A DNA stretch of 64,000 nucleotides. Source: Mycobacteriales bacterium (GTDB lineage: Bacteria > Actinomycetota > Actinomycetes > Mycobacteriales > SCTD01). A model generated the notes under the pieces. The model was not told where the DNA came from. It saw only the letters and a program-made list of their open reading frames with translations, and did not search any database. The position numbers were made by a program, and so were the translations under genes. Positions 1-9,752 of the stretch are shown here, piece after piece. The stretch lies in contig DATLGD010000223.1 of assembly GCA_035540755.1 (NCBI GenBank), positions 152 to 64,151 of the forward strand. Direction: 5' to 3'. Within the stretch, counting starts at the first letter, position 1; each line of letters opens with the position of its first letter.

Positions 1-1939
1 CCTGGCTGATGCCGGCCTCCACCGACACCCGCGCCTGGACGTCGGGCGGCAGCACGGTGCGCTGGTAGGCCTCCTCCTGGCGCCGGAACCACTCGACGCA
101 CGGCATCGAGACCACGCGGGTGCCGATGCCCTCGGCCTCGAGCAGCTCGCGGGCGGCCACGGCGATCTGCACCTCCGAGCCGGTGGCGAGGAGCAGGACC
201 TGCGGCGAGCCGCTGGCGGCGTCGAGCAGCACGTAGCCGCCCTTGGCCACGCCCTCGACGTCACCGACGACGTCGCGGTCGAAGACGGGGACGTTCTGCC
301 GGGTGAGGCAGATCCCGGCCGGCCGGTCGGTGCTCTCGAGGACGGTGCGCCAGGCCACCGTGGTCTCGTTGGCGTCGGCCGGGCGGACGACGTCGAGCCC
401 GGGGATCGCCCGGAGCGCTGCCAGGTGCTCGACCGGCTGGTGTGTCGGACCGTCCTCGCCCAGGCCGATCGAGTCGTGCGTCCAGACGTAGGTGACCGGC
501 AGGCCCATCAGCGCCGCCAGGCGGACGGCCGGTCGCATGTAGTCGCTGAAGACGAGGAACGTGCCGCCGTAGACGCGCAGGCCGCCGTGCAGCGCGATGC
601 CGTTCATCGTCGAGCCCATCGCGTGCTCGCGGATGCCGAAGTGGATGGTGCGCCCGTAGGGGTTCGCGCCCTCGAGCCGGTTGTCGGCCGGCAGGAAGCT
701 GTCGGCGCCCTTCATGGTGGTGTTGTTGCTGCCGGCCAGGTCGGCCGAGCCGCCCCACAGCTCGGGCAGCACGTCCCGGAGCGAGGTGAGCACCTCGCCG
801 GACGCCTTGCGGGTCGCGACGCCCTTGTCGTCGGCTTCGAAGCTCGGCAGCGCGTCGGCCCACCCGGCCGGCAGCTTCCGCTCGCCGAGCCGGTCGTGGA
901 GAGCCGCCCGCTCCGGGTTCGCCTCGCGCCAGGCGGCGTAGCGCTCCTGCCACTGCGCGTGCAGGTCACGGCCGCGCTGCACGACTGCTCGGGCGTGCTC
1001 GAGCACGTCGGCAGGCACCGCGAAGGTCTCCGACGGGTCCAGCCCGAGCAGCTCCTTGGTGGCGGCGACCTCCTCGGCCCCGAGGGCGGAGCCGTGCGCC
1101 GCCTCGGTGCCGCGGGCGTTCGGCGCCGGCCAGGCGATGACCGACCTCATCGCGATGAACGAGGGCCGGCTGCGCTCGTTCCGCGCCGCCACCAGCGCGG
1201 CGTGCAGCGCCTCGACGTCCTCGGCGTCGTCGACCCGCTGGACGTGCCAGCCGTAGGCCTCGTAGCGCGCCACGACGTCCTCGCCGGTGAAGGCGGTGGC
1301 GGTGTCGCCCTCGATGGAGATCTCGTTGTCGTCCCAGAGCAGGACGAGGTTGCCGAGCTGCTGGTGCCCGGCCAGCGAGCTGGCCTCGGCACTGACGCCC
1401 TCCTGCAGGTCGCCGTCGGAGGCGATCACCCAGATCGTGTGGTCGAACAGGCTCTCGCCGGGCGCAGGGCCAGGGTCGAGCAGGCCGCGCTCGCGGCGGG
1501 CGGCCATCGCCATGCCGACGGCGTTCGCGACGCCCTGGCCGAGCGGGCCGGTGGTGGTCTCGACGCCGGGGGTGTGGTCGACCTCGGGGTGGCCGGGGGT
1601 CAGTGAGCCCCACTGCCGCAGGTGGGCGAGGTCCTCGAGGGTGAGGCCGTAGCCCGACAGGTAGAGCTGGGTGTAGAGCGTGATGCTGGAGTGCCCGCAC
1701 GAGAGCACGAAGCGGTCGCGGCCGGTCCAGCGGGGGGCGGTGGGGTCGTGCCGCAGCAGGCGGTTGAACAGCAGGAAGGCAGCCGGGGCCAGGCTCATGG
1801 CGGTGCCGGGGTGACCGGACCCGGCGGCCTCCACCGAGTCCATGGCGAGGGCCCGGCAGATGTCGACGGTGCGGCGGTCGAGGTCGCTCCAGTCGAGGCT
1901 CGTGCCCTGCGGCGTCTCGGCGGTGCTCGCGCTGGTCAT
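1..1939 (-). CDS. tkt: transketolase, N-terminal ~646 codons (3' end lies beyond base 1)
   Basis: Absent from the ORF track because the frame is open at the window edge. Hand translation from ATG 1939 gives [66 protein letters not shown], the thiamine-diphosphate-binding SGHPG N-terminus of transketolases. Confidence 0.9.
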   Translation of the reverse strand, partial: MTSASTAETPQGTSLDWSDLDRRTVDICRALAMDSVEAAGSGHPGTAMSLAPAAFLLFNRLLRHDPTAPRWTGRDRFVLSCGHSSITLYTQLYLSGYGLTLEDLAHLRQWGSLTPGHPEVDHTPGVETTTGPLGQGVANAVGMAMAARRERGLLDPGPAPGESLFDHTIWVIASDGDLQEGVSAEASSLAGHQQLGNLVLLWDDNEISIEGDTATAFTGEDVVARYEAYGWHVQRVDDAEDVEALHAALVAARNERSRPSFIAMRSVIAWPAPNARGTEAAHGSALGAEEVAATKELLGLDPSETFAVPADVLEHARAVVQRGRDLHAQWQERYAAWREANPERAALHDRLGERKLPAGWADALPSFEADDKGVATRKASGEVLTSLRDVLPELWGGSADLAGSNNTTMKGADSFLPADNRLEGANPYGRTIHFGIREHAMGSTMNGIALHGGLRVYGGTFLVFSDYMRPAVRLAALMGLPVTYVWTHDSIGLGEDGPTHQPVEHLAALRAIPGLDVVRPADANETTVAWRTVLESTDRPAGICLTRQNVPVFDRDVVGDVEGVAKGGYVLLDAASGSPQVLLLATGSEVQIAVAARELLEAEGIGTRVVSMPCVEWFRRQEEAYQRTVLPPDVQARVSVEAGISQ

Positions 1940-2087
1940 CCGGTCTCTCGCCTTCCTCGCTGCTGGTGCGGCCGCGGTCCGACGCGGTCCGCGGGCCGAC
2001 CCTAGTGGCAGCCCCTACCCCGGTCGCCGGCGCGGACACGGCCGGGGTGGGCGGGCCCCGCGCCGTCGCGTCGGTAGAGTCATCGAG

Positions 2088-3080
2088 GTGACGACGCTCG
2101 CGGACGACGCTGCGACGCCAGCCGTCCGGGGGGTCCCGGCCGCCGGCTCGGCCGCGGCCCAGGAACCGGCCGTCGCGACGCGTCCAGCCGCCGGCCGGGC
2201 GGGCCGGGCCCGTGCCACGGTGGCCGCGTACGTCGCGCTGACCAAGCCCCGGATCATCGAGCTGCTGCTGGTCACGACGGTCCCGGCGATGGTCCTGGCC
2301 GCGCAGGGGATGCCCCCGCTCGGCCTGGTGCTCGCCACGCTCGTCGGCGGCTCGCTCGCCGCGGGGAGCGCGAACGCCCTCAACTGCTGGTACGACCGCG
2401 ACATCGACGTCGTCATGCACCGCACGGAGGGTCGGCCCCTCGCGCGCGACGCCGTGTCGCCGCGCGGCGCCGTCGTCTTCGGTCTCGTGCTCGGCGCGCT
2501 GTCGGTGGCCCTGCTCGGCGTCACCACCAACGCGCTGTCGGCGCTGCTCGCGCTCGCCGCGATCGCCTTCTACGTGGTCGTCTACACCGCGCTGCTCAAG
2601 CGGCGCACCTCCCAGAACATCGTGTGGGGCGGAGCCGCCGGCTGCATGCCGGTGCTCATCGGCTGGTCGGCGGTCACCGGCACGGTGTCGTGGGCGGCCG
2701 TGGTGCTGTTCCTGGTCGTCTTCTTCTGGACGCCGCCGCACTTCTGGGCGCTCGCCATGCGCTTCCGCGACGACTACGCCGCCGCCGACGTCCCGATGCT
2801 GCCGGTGGTCGCGACTCCCGCCGTGGTGGCGTCCCGGATCGTGGCCTACTCCTGGGCGATGGTCGGCACCAGCCTGCTGCTCGTGTGGCCGCTGGCCGTC
2901 TCCGGTGCGCTGTACACGGTGGTGGCCGCCGGCGTCGGCGCGGTGTTCCTGCGCGAGGCGCACCTGCTGCAGAGCCGGGTGCGCCGCGGCGTCGCCGCGG
3001 CCCCGATGCGGTTGTTCCACTGGTCCATCACCTACCTGGCGCTGCTGTTCCTCGCCGTCGCGCTCGACCAGTTCGTCTGA
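2088..3080 (+). CDS. ctaB: protoheme IX farnesyltransferase (heme O synthase)
   Basis: Tail of ORF 1842..3080 with an in-frame GTG at 2088. Multi-TM UbiA-family sequence ([49 protein letters not shown]). Divergent from tkt. Confidence 0.9.
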   Translation: MTTLADDAATPAVRGVPAAGSAAAQEPAVATRPAAGRAGRARATVAAYVALTKPRIIELLLVTTVPAMVLAAQGMPPLGLVLATLVGGSLAAGSANALNCWYDRDIDVVMHRTEGRPLARDAVSPRGAVVFGLVLGALSVALLGVTTNALSALLALAAIAFYVVVYTALLKRRTSQNIVWGGAAGCMPVLIGWSAVTGTVSWAAVVLFLVVFFWTPPHFWALAMRFRDDYAAADVPMLPVVATPAVVASRIVAYSWAMVGTSLLLVWPLAVSGALYTVVAAGVGAVFLREAHLLQSRVRRGVAAAPMRLFHWSITYLALLFLAVALDQFV

Positions 3081-3082
3081 GC

Positions 3083-3946
3083 GTGCGCCCGGCCGTCACT
3101 CCGCGGGTGGCGCTGGCCACCTGCCGGGAGCTGCCCGACCTCCACGAGGACGACGCACTGCTCGTCCCGGCCCTCGCCTCGGCCGGCGTGGCCGCCGTGC
3201 CCGCCGTCTGGGACGACCCCGCGGTCGACTGGGCCGCCTTCGACCTGGTGGTGGTGCGCGACACCTGGGACTACGTGCCGCGGCGCGAGCAGTTCCTCGA
3301 CTGGGCCCGCTCGGTGCCGCGACTGGAGAACCCTGCCGCCGTGCTCGCCTGGAACACCGACAAGCGCTACCTGCGCGACCTCGCCGCCGCCGGCGTGCCG
3401 GTCGTCCCCACGACGTGGGTGGAGCCGGGCGACGGCTACGCGCCGCCGGACGGCGAGCACGTCGTCAAGCCGGCGGTGTCGGCCGGGGCGCGGGACACCG
3501 CCCGGTACGCGCCGGGGGAGGACTCCTCCGCACACGTCCGGGACCTGCTCGGGGCCGGGCGCACCGTCATGGTGCAGCCGTACCTGGCCGCCGTCGACAC
3601 CGACGGCGAGACGGCGGTGCTCTCCCTCGGCGGCGTGCACAGCCACGCCGCCCGCAAGGGGCCGGTGCTCGTGCCCGAGCTCGACGACCCCGACGACGTC
3701 GCCATCACGCCGCGCACGGCGTCGGCCGCGCAGCGAGCGGTGGCCGACGCCGCCCTGGCCGCGGTGCCGTTCGCCGGTCCGCTGCTGTACAGCCGGGCCG
3801 ACGTCGTGCCCGGCCCCGACGGTGGCCCGCTGCTGATCGAGCTCGAGCTCACCGAGCCGTCGCTGTTCCTCGCGGCCGACCCGGGCGCTGCCGACCGGTT
3901 CGCGGCGGTGATCGCCGAGCGGGTGGTCAGGCCGGCTGCGCGCTGA
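3083..3946 (+). CDS. ATP-grasp domain protein (RimK-like ligase fold)
   Basis: Tail of ORF 2624..3946 with an in-frame GTG at 3083, 2 nt after the ctaB stop. Motifs VVKPAVSAGARDT, VMVQPYL and LLIELELTEPSLF resemble ATP-grasp ligases. Substrate unknown. Confidence 0.6.
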   Translation: MRPAVTPRVALATCRELPDLHEDDALLVPALASAGVAAVPAVWDDPAVDWAAFDLVVVRDTWDYVPRREQFLDWARSVPRLENPAAVLAWNTDKRYLRDLAAAGVPVVPTTWVEPGDGYAPPDGEHVVKPAVSAGARDTARYAPGEDSSAHVRDLLGAGRTVMVQPYLAAVDTDGETAVLSLGGVHSHAARKGPVLVPELDDPDDVAITPRTASAAQRAVADAALAAVPFAGPLLYSRADVVPGPDGGPLLIELELTEPSLFLAADPGAADRFAAVIAERVVRPAAR

Positions 3947-4880
3947 GCCGCTCGTGCTCGCGGGAGTCCGGCGGCCCCGGCGGGCGTCCCCGGTCGCGGG
4001 TGAACAGCACGACCCGGACGGCGGCGACGAGCGTCAGGCACGCGCCGACCAGGTGCAGGCCGACGAGCAGGACCGGCAGCCCGGTGAAGTACTGCAGGTA
4101 GCCGACGGCCCCCTGAGCGAGCTCGATCACGAGCAGCACCCCGACGGCCCGCACGAGCCGCTGGTCGGCCCGCATCGCCCGCAGCCCGACGTAGAGGGCG
4201 ACGGTGAGCCCGACCAGCAGCATCACCGAGTCGGCGTGCAGCTGCGACACCGTGGCCGGGTCCAGGCCGGTCCGGCCGGCCGCCGGGTCGCCGGAGTGCG
4301 GTCCGGACCCGGTCACGACGGTGCCGAGCACCAGCGTGACGGCCGTGACGGCCAGCAGCCCCTGGGTCAGCCCGCGCATGGCCGGCGGCACCACGAGCCG
4401 GGGCGGGAGGTCGCCCTCGCCGGCGCGGCGGTGCAGCACCACGGCCAGCGCGATGAGCACCATCGACAGCAGGAAGTGGCCCATGACGGTCCACGGGTTC
4501 AGCCCGGTGAGCACGGTGATCCCGCCGAGCACCGCCTGCGCCGGGATGCCGAGGAAGCCCAGCAGAGCGAGCAGCCGCATGTCCGGCCGGACCGGCCGCT
4601 GCCGCCACACCGCAACGAGCACCGCGAGCACGACCGCGCCGAGCACGAAGGTCAGCAGCCGGTTGCCGAACTCGATGACGCCGTGCACGGCGTACTCCGC
4701 GGTCGGAATGTAGCTGGTCTCGGTGCAGCGCGGCCAGGTCGGGCAGCCGAGTCCCGAGGCGGTCAGCCGGACGGCGCCGCCGGTGACGACGATCGCGCTG
4801 TTCGCGACGATGCTCGCCAGCGCCAGTCGCCGGACCGTCGTCGGGGACGGGCGGCGGGTGAGGCGGGCGAGCACGGGCAC
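3927..4880 (-). CDS. ctaA: heme A synthase (COX15/CtaA family)
   Basis: ORF 3927..4880. Polytopic membrane protein with the CPTWPRC motif and paired His-bearing helices (HGVIEFGNR, MGHFLLS, HADSV, GLHLVGA). Confidence 0.85.
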   Translation of the reverse strand: MPVLARLTRRPSPTTVRRLALASIVANSAIVVTGGAVRLTASGLGCPTWPRCTETSYIPTAEYAVHGVIEFGNRLLTFVLGAVVLAVLVAVWRQRPVRPDMRLLALLGFLGIPAQAVLGGITVLTGLNPWTVMGHFLLSMVLIALAVVLHRRAGEGDLPPRLVVPPAMRGLTQGLLAVTAVTLVLGTVVTGSGPHSGDPAAGRTGLDPATVSQLHADSVMLLVGLTVALYVGLRAMRADQRLVRAVGVLLVIELAQGAVGYLQYFTGLPVLLVGLHLVGACLTLVAAVRVVLFTRDRGRPPGPPDSREHERLSAQPA

Positions 4881-4884
4881 CAGC

Positions 4885-5424
4885 CTACGGTCGCGCCGGG
4901 CGTCCGGCCGCCTCGACGTCGTCGTAGACGAGGACGTCGGCGTCCCGCCGCGCTCCGGTTGTCGGCCGGTGCGGGCTGACGCGGCCCGGCATCAGGTGCT
5001 GCACCTCGACGCCGTGCAGCAGCACCAGCGCGTCGGCCACGAGCCGGCGGTGGCAGCGCCACCAGACCGTCTCGCTGCACAGGAACGCGGTCGGCGCGGC
5101 GACGCCGTCGGCGAGCAGGTCGGCGAGCGCCGCCTGCGCCGCCTCGGTGCGCAGGTGGCCGGCGTACCCGCGGAAGGAGGCGTTCTGCCACACCACGTCC
5201 GGGCTGGCGGGCGCCGGCCGCCGGAATCCGCCGAGCCGCGGCTCCCAGCGGTAGGCCACCCCGGCGGCGGGCAGCCACTGCTCGAGCCGGTCGCGCCCGA
5301 GGTGCGGGTGCCGCCGGCTGCCTGGGGCCGTGCGGATGTCCACCAGGCGGCGCACCTCGCCGAGCCCGAGGCGCTCGAGGAGCTCGTCCTCGCTCGCGGT
5401 GCCGTGGCCCACGCTGAACATCAC
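4885..5424 (-). CDS. DUF488 family protein
   Basis: ORF 4885..5424. The pattern FSVGHGT...LVDIR...FLCSE..WWRCHRRLVAD is characteristic of DUF488. Its start overlaps the stop of the upstream response regulator by 4 nt. Confidence 0.7.
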   Translation of the reverse strand: MMFSVGHGTASEDELLERLGLGEVRRLVDIRTAPGSRRHPHLGRDRLEQWLPAAGVAYRWEPRLGGFRRPAPASPDVVWQNASFRGYAGHLRTEAAQAALADLLADGVAAPTAFLCSETVWWRCHRRLVADALVLLHGVEVQHLMPGRVSPHRPTTGARRDADVLVYDDVEAAGRPARP

Positions 5425-6068
5425 AGCGCGGCGTGCAGCCCGGCCTCACGGGCCTTGACGATGGCCTGGGCGCGGTCCTCGACCTGCAGCTTCGCGAAGA
5501 TGCTCGAGACGTGGTTGCGCACCGTCTTGTCCGACAGGAACAGCCGTCGGGCGATCTCCCCGTTGCTGGCGCCAGCCGCCACCAGGCCGAGCACCTCGCG
5601 CTCCCGGTCCGACAGCGCAGGGAAGGGGCGGGCCGCCGCGGCGCCGGCACCGGAGAAGAAGGCCCGCACGCGGCGCGCGACGGTGCTGCCGTACACGGCG
5701 TCGCCGGCGGCCACGCCGCTCACCGCGCGCACGATCTCCTCCTGGCCGGCTCCCTTGAGCAGGTAGCCGAGCGCCCCTGCGCGCAGGGCGGCGAAGACCG
5801 TGTCGTCGTCCTCGACCATCGTGAGCACGAGGACCGCGGCGTCCGGCCACGCCTGCAGCAGGCGCCGGGTGGCCTCGACGCCGTTGAGCCGCGGCATCTG
5901 CAGGTCCATGAGCACGACGTTCGGACGGTGCTCGAGGACGGCGGCGACCGCCTCCTCGCCGTCGGCGGCCTCAGCGACGACGTCGACACCGGCCCCGTCG
6001 AGCAGCATGCGGAGCCCGGCCCGGAAGGCGGGGTGGTCGTCGGCCACGACGACCCGGATGCGGCTCAC
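5421..6068 (-). CDS. NarL/LuxR-family response regulator
   Basis: C-terminal 215 aa of ORF 5421..7790, from GTG 6068. Receiver domain (RVVVADDH, VVLMDLQMP, LVLTMVEDD, GYLLKG) plus a LuxR HTH (LSDREREVLGLVAAGASNGEIARRLFLSDKTVRNHVSSIFAKL). Confidence 0.9.
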   Translation of the reverse strand: MSRIRVVVADDHPAFRAGLRMLLDGAGVDVVAEAADGEEAVAAVLEHRPNVVLMDLQMPRLNGVEATRRLLQAWPDAAVLVLTMVEDDDTVFAALRAGALGYLLKGAGQEEIVRAVSGVAAGDAVYGSTVARRVRAFFSGAGAAAARPFPALSDREREVLGLVAAGASNGEIARRLFLSDKTVRNHVSSIFAKLQVEDRAQAIVKAREAGLHAAL

Positions 6069-8113
6069 GAGCCCTCCCGCTGCGCAGGCGCGACCGGCAG
6101 CGGGAGCTGCGCCCGCACCACGGTGCCGCCCGCGGGCCCGGCGCCGACGGCCACGCTGCCGCCGACCTCGGCGGCCCGCTCCCGCATCGAGGCGAGCCCG
6201 ACGCCCGGCCGGCGGTCGCGCCGCAGCCCGCAGCCCTCGTCCGAGACGGTGACCGTGAGGAGATCGGCCGTCCGGTGCAGCTGGAGGTGGGCGCGGCCGG
6301 TGCCCGCGTGCCGGGCCACGTTGGTGAGCGCCTCGGAGGCGATCCGGTAGGCGGCGACCTCGACGGCGGCCGGGAGCCCGTCCACGTCCCCGGAGGCGTC
6401 GACCAACAGCTCGAGGCCACCCGCGGCGGGCCCGGTGCTGCAGAGCGCGCCGAGCAGCCCGAGGTCGTCGAGCGCGGGCGGGCGCAGGCCCTGCACGAGG
6501 GTCCGGACGTCGGCGACCGCGCGCCGCGCCTCTTCCACGGCCAGCTCGAGCGCGGCGCCGGCGCGGGAGGGGTCGCTGCCGAGCGCCTGTCGTGCGGTGT
6601 CGACCGTCATGACGACCGCGGCCAGCTGGGGGCCCAGGCCGTCGTGCAGGTCGCGCCGCAGGCGCCGACGCTCCTCCTCGGCCGCGGCCACGGCCCGCTC
6701 CCGGCCGGCCTCGACGTCTCTGGTCAGGCGCAGGGCGGCGGCCACCGCGGCGACCGGACCGGCGAGGTCGGCGAGCAGCCGCTCGTCCGTGCGGTCGAGC
6801 CGGTCGGCCCGGCCACGCGGTGCGACGCGCAGCCGCCCGACCGGCGTCCCGTGCCAGACGAGCGGGACGTCGACGACCGGTGCTGCCGTTCCGGCCACCG
6901 CCCGGGCCAGGCTTCCGTCGGGCAGGGCCACCTCGGCCGCCACCCCGGGCAGCCGCAGCGAGACGGCGACCGCCTGCACGACCTGCTCCAGGGCGTCCTG
7001 CGGCGACCGCGCGGCCCGGACCGCCGCCTCGACCCCGGTCAGCAGCCGGTAGGGGTCGGCACGCTCGCCGTAGAGCAGGCGGTCGACCGCGCGCTGGAGG
7101 CGCATCCGCGCCGGGTGGAAGGCGACCGCGACGGCGGCGGCTCCGGCGAACGCCGCCGGCCCGCCGCCCAGGTCGACGGCGCTGCCGACCCAGGCGACCA
7201 CGCCCACGTACAGCACCAGCCCGCCGGTCAGCAGCCCGGCGGCGACGACGGTGCGGGAGACGAGGACGTCGACGTCGTAGAGCCGGTACCGCAGCACCGC
7301 GACGAGCACCGCGGCCGGCACGAGCAGGGTCGCGACCGACGTCACTGCGGGAGGAGCGAAGAACGAGCAGAGACCGGCGACGAGCACCGCCCACCCGAAC
7401 AGAGCCAGCTGGCGCCGCTCGACCGGGGTGCCGCGGCGGACCCTGACGACGACGGCGCCGACGGCCGCCGAGGCCAGCAGCGGGAAGGCGACGGCCAGCA
7501 GCGGCAGCAGCACGGGGTAGGCCGGCTCGAGCAGGGTCGTCCCCAGGGGGTTGCGCATCCCGTCGATGCTGTCGACCTCGGGGTGCAGCGCGAGGACGAC
7601 GGACACCGCGGCCGGCAGCACGACGGCTGCGGCGACGACGGGGCGCCAGCGCCGCGAGGGCGGCCGTCCGTCCGGGAACAGCAGCGGCAGGACGAGCACG
7701 AACGGCAGGAAGCCCCAGACCCACGTCCACGCGCTCAGCCAGGCCGTGACGGCCCCGAGGGCACCGGGCTCTCCGTCCGCGGAGCTCCACACCGCCACGG
7801 CGCGCGCTCCGGCGAAGGTGCAGGCCGCGGCGCCGACGCCGAGCAGCAGCCAGCCCATGCGCCGCGACGCGGCGCGCCGGCTGAGAAGGGCTCCGACCAG
7901 GCAGAGGGCCGGTCCGACGACGGGCTCAGGGGTGTCGAACCAGGTCGTGCGCGCTCCGGCCGGGGTGTCGAGATGGGCAGCGAGGCCGGCCACGACGCAG
8001 GTGACGGCGAGCGCCGCGACGGCCGGGCCGAGCGCGCGGCCGAGCCGGCCCGTCGGGGCGACGGGCCGGCCGGGGTCCGCGACGCGGTCGGCCGCGTCCA
8101 GCACGGTGCTCAT
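6065..8113 (-). CDS. sensor histidine kinase (HisKA_3/DesK-NarX type) with a large polytopic N-terminal domain
   Basis: ORF 6065..8113. About 400 aa of predicted TM helices, then an H-box (RRDLHDGLGPQLAAV) and HATPase motifs (EALTNVARHA, DEGCG, GVGLASMRERA). 4-nt overlap with the regulator gene. Confidence 0.85.
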   Translation of the reverse strand: MSTVLDAADRVADPGRPVAPTGRLGRALGPAVAALAVTCVVAGLAAHLDTPAGARTTWFDTPEPVVGPALCLVGALLSRRAASRRMGWLLLGVGAAACTFAGARAVAVWSSADGEPGALGAVTAWLSAWTWVWGFLPFVLVLPLLFPDGRPPSRRWRPVVAAAVVLPAAVSVVLALHPEVDSIDGMRNPLGTTLLEPAYPVLLPLLAVAFPLLASAAVGAVVVRVRRGTPVERRQLALFGWAVLVAGLCSFFAPPAVTSVATLLVPAAVLVAVLRYRLYDVDVLVSRTVVAAGLLTGGLVLYVGVVAWVGSAVDLGGGPAAFAGAAAVAVAFHPARMRLQRAVDRLLYGERADPYRLLTGVEAAVRAARSPQDALEQVVQAVAVSLRLPGVAAEVALPDGSLARAVAGTAAPVVDVPLVWHGTPVGRLRVAPRGRADRLDRTDERLLADLAGPVAAVAAALRLTRDVEAGRERAVAAAEEERRRLRRDLHDGLGPQLAAVVMTVDTARQALGSDPSRAGAALELAVEEARRAVADVRTLVQGLRPPALDDLGLLGALCSTGPAAGGLELLVDASGDVDGLPAAVEVAAYRIASEALTNVARHAGTGRAHLQLHRTADLLTVTVSDEGCGLRRDRRPGVGLASMRERAAEVGGSVAVGAGPAGGTVVRAQLPLPVAPAQREGS

Positions 8114-8147
8114 GGCGCCCTGACGCTACGAGGACGCGGGTCGCCGG

Positions 8148-8846
8148 TCAGCCGTTCGCCCACTCCCGGTCCGTGCGGCGCGCCACGACCGCGGCGGCGC
8201 CGAGGCAGGCGGCCACCCACAGCGGGTGCGGGTCGATGCCGCCGGTGCGGCCGTCGGCGAGGAAGTCCAGGACCAGGAAGGCGACCAGGGCCACGGGAAC
8301 CCAGCGCGGCACGGCCCGCGAGCGCCACAGGCCGACGCTGAGGACGAGCACGCCGCCGAACAGCCCCAGCAGGAACGACAGGACCAGGCTCACCCCGATC
8401 GGGCTGCTCTCGACCGTGGTGAGCACGGCGGCGACGGTCGTCGGGGCCTCGCCGGCCTTCACCGCCGCGAGCTCGATGACCGACGGCACGTGGATGGCGA
8501 GGAAGCCGAAGCAGCCGACGAGGGTGAGCGCCGCCCCGGCCGCGGCCAGCCGCGGGCAGGCCGGTCGCACGAGGTGGGCGAGTGCCTGGAAGGCCAGCAG
8601 CATGAGCGGGATCGCGACGATGCCCGCGGCCAGGGCCAGCGTGAGCGGCAGCTCCGCGGCGGCGATGTCGGCGGCCCGTTCCTCGGGCGTCCCGTTCGGG
8701 TCGAGGTAGCGGCGAGCCACGATGGACTCGGCGGAGTTGAGCACCGGCCCGAGGACGAGCGCGGTGACGGCGAGCCGGCGGCCGAGCACGGGGCCGGTGG
8801 TCACGGCGGCGGCAGGAGCGGCGGGGGGAGCGGTGAGCGCGGTCAT
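8148..8846 (-). CDS. hypothetical integral membrane protein (about 6 TM)
   Basis: ORF 8148..8846. Hydrophobic helices throughout. Ends 34 nt upstream of the kinase gene on the same strand. No family recognised. Confidence 0.5.
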   Translation of the reverse strand: MTALTAPPAAPAAAVTTGPVLGRRLAVTALVLGPVLNSAESIVARRYLDPNGTPEERAADIAAAELPLTLALAAGIVAIPLMLLAFQALAHLVRPACPRLAAAGAALTLVGCFGFLAIHVPSVIELAAVKAGEAPTTVAAVLTTVESSPIGVSLVLSFLLGLFGGVLVLSVGLWRSRAVPRWVPVALVAFLVLDFLADGRTGGIDPHPLWVAACLGAAAVVARRTDREWANG

Positions 8847-8930
8847 CGGGTCCTCCGGGAGGTCGCGGGCCGGGCGCCCGCGGAACGCCCCGACCGTGCC
8901 GCGCCCGGTGTCCCGGAGGGCAGGGAGCGC

Positions 8931-8951
8931 GGTCCCGACCTGGCCGGGACC
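8931..8951 (-). terminator. candidate stem-loop terminator after the ABC-2 permease
   Basis: GGTCCCG (8931-8937) pairs perfectly with CGGGACC (8945-8951) around a 7-nt loop. It sits 12 nt downstream of the permease stop. No U-tract. Confidence 0.3.
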
Positions 8952-8963
8952 GGCTGTCGGGCG

Positions 8964-9752
8964 CTACTCCCAGCGGAAGCAGCGCGCCGCGAGGGTGAGG
9001 CCGCCGACCGCCCAGACGAGCAGCACGACCGTCTCGCGCACCGGCAGCAGCGCCCCGGCCTCGAGCACCTCGCGCAGACCGCCGGACAGCGCTGCGGTCG
9101 GCAGGAGCGACAGCACGCCTTCGGCCGGCCCGAACGCCGACACCGGGAACACCACCCCGCCGAGCACCAGCAGGACCAGCCAGACCAGGTTCGCGGCGGC
9201 GAGCGCGGTGAGGCCGCGAAGCGTGCCGCCGAGCAGCAGCCCGAGGCCGCTGAAGGCGGCGGTGCCGAGCGCCACCAGCACGAGGAACCCGAGCACCGAG
9301 CCGCGCGGCGTCCAGCCGAGGGCGAGTCCGACGCCGCCGATCAGCGTCAGCTGCAGCACCTCGACCACGAGCACGGCGAGCGTCTTGGCGCCCAGCAGCA
9401 CCGAGCGGGGGAGCGGGGTGGCCCCGAGCCGCTTGAGCACGCCGTACTGACGCTCGAAGCCGACTGCGATCGCCTGCCCGGTGAACGCTGCCGACATCAC
9501 GGCCAGCGCCATGAGGCCGGGCACGAAGAAGTCGGCCCGCTCGCCGCGCGTGGTGGCGTCGTCGACGGACACGAAGGGCACCAGCACGAGGACGGCGAGC
9601 AGTCCCAGCGGGATGACCAGGTTCAGCAGCACCTGCTCGCCGTTGCGCAGCAGCAGCGTCAGCTCGGCGCGGGCCTGCGCGACGAGCATCCGCGAGCGGG
9701 GAGCTGCCGCGGGATCGGGGGCCAGGGTTCCCGGCGTCCAGGCGGTGCTCAT
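8964..9752 (-). CDS. ABC-2 type transporter permease
   Basis: In ORF 8964..9932 from ATG 9752 (MSTAWTPG...). Six hydrophobic segments. ATGA overlap with the upstream ATPase stop. Confidence 0.75.
   Translation of the reverse strand: MSTAWTPGTLAPDPAAAPRSRMLVAQARAELTLLLRNGEQVLLNLVIPLGLLAVLVLVPFVSVDDATTRGERADFFVPGLMALAVMSAAFTGQAIAVGFERQYGVLKRLGATPLPRSVLLGAKTLAVLVVEVLQLTLIGGVGLALGWTPRGSVLGFLVLVALGTAAFSGLGLLLGGTLRGLTALAAANLVWLVLLVLGGVVFPVSAFGPAEGVLSLLPTAALSGGLREVLEAGALLPVRETVVLLVWAVGGLTLAARCFRWE

Noticed and set aside
966-3020. 684-aa minus-strand ORF
   Set aside because: It overlaps tkt in another frame and is antisense to ctaB. Its composition is that of a shadow frame.
6069-7790. N-terminal 574 codons of ORF 5421..7790 (an apparent giant response regulator)
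   Set aside because: This stretch is an alternative frame over the histidine kinase gene. The real regulator starts at GTG 6068, with the typical 4-nt overlap with the kinase stop.
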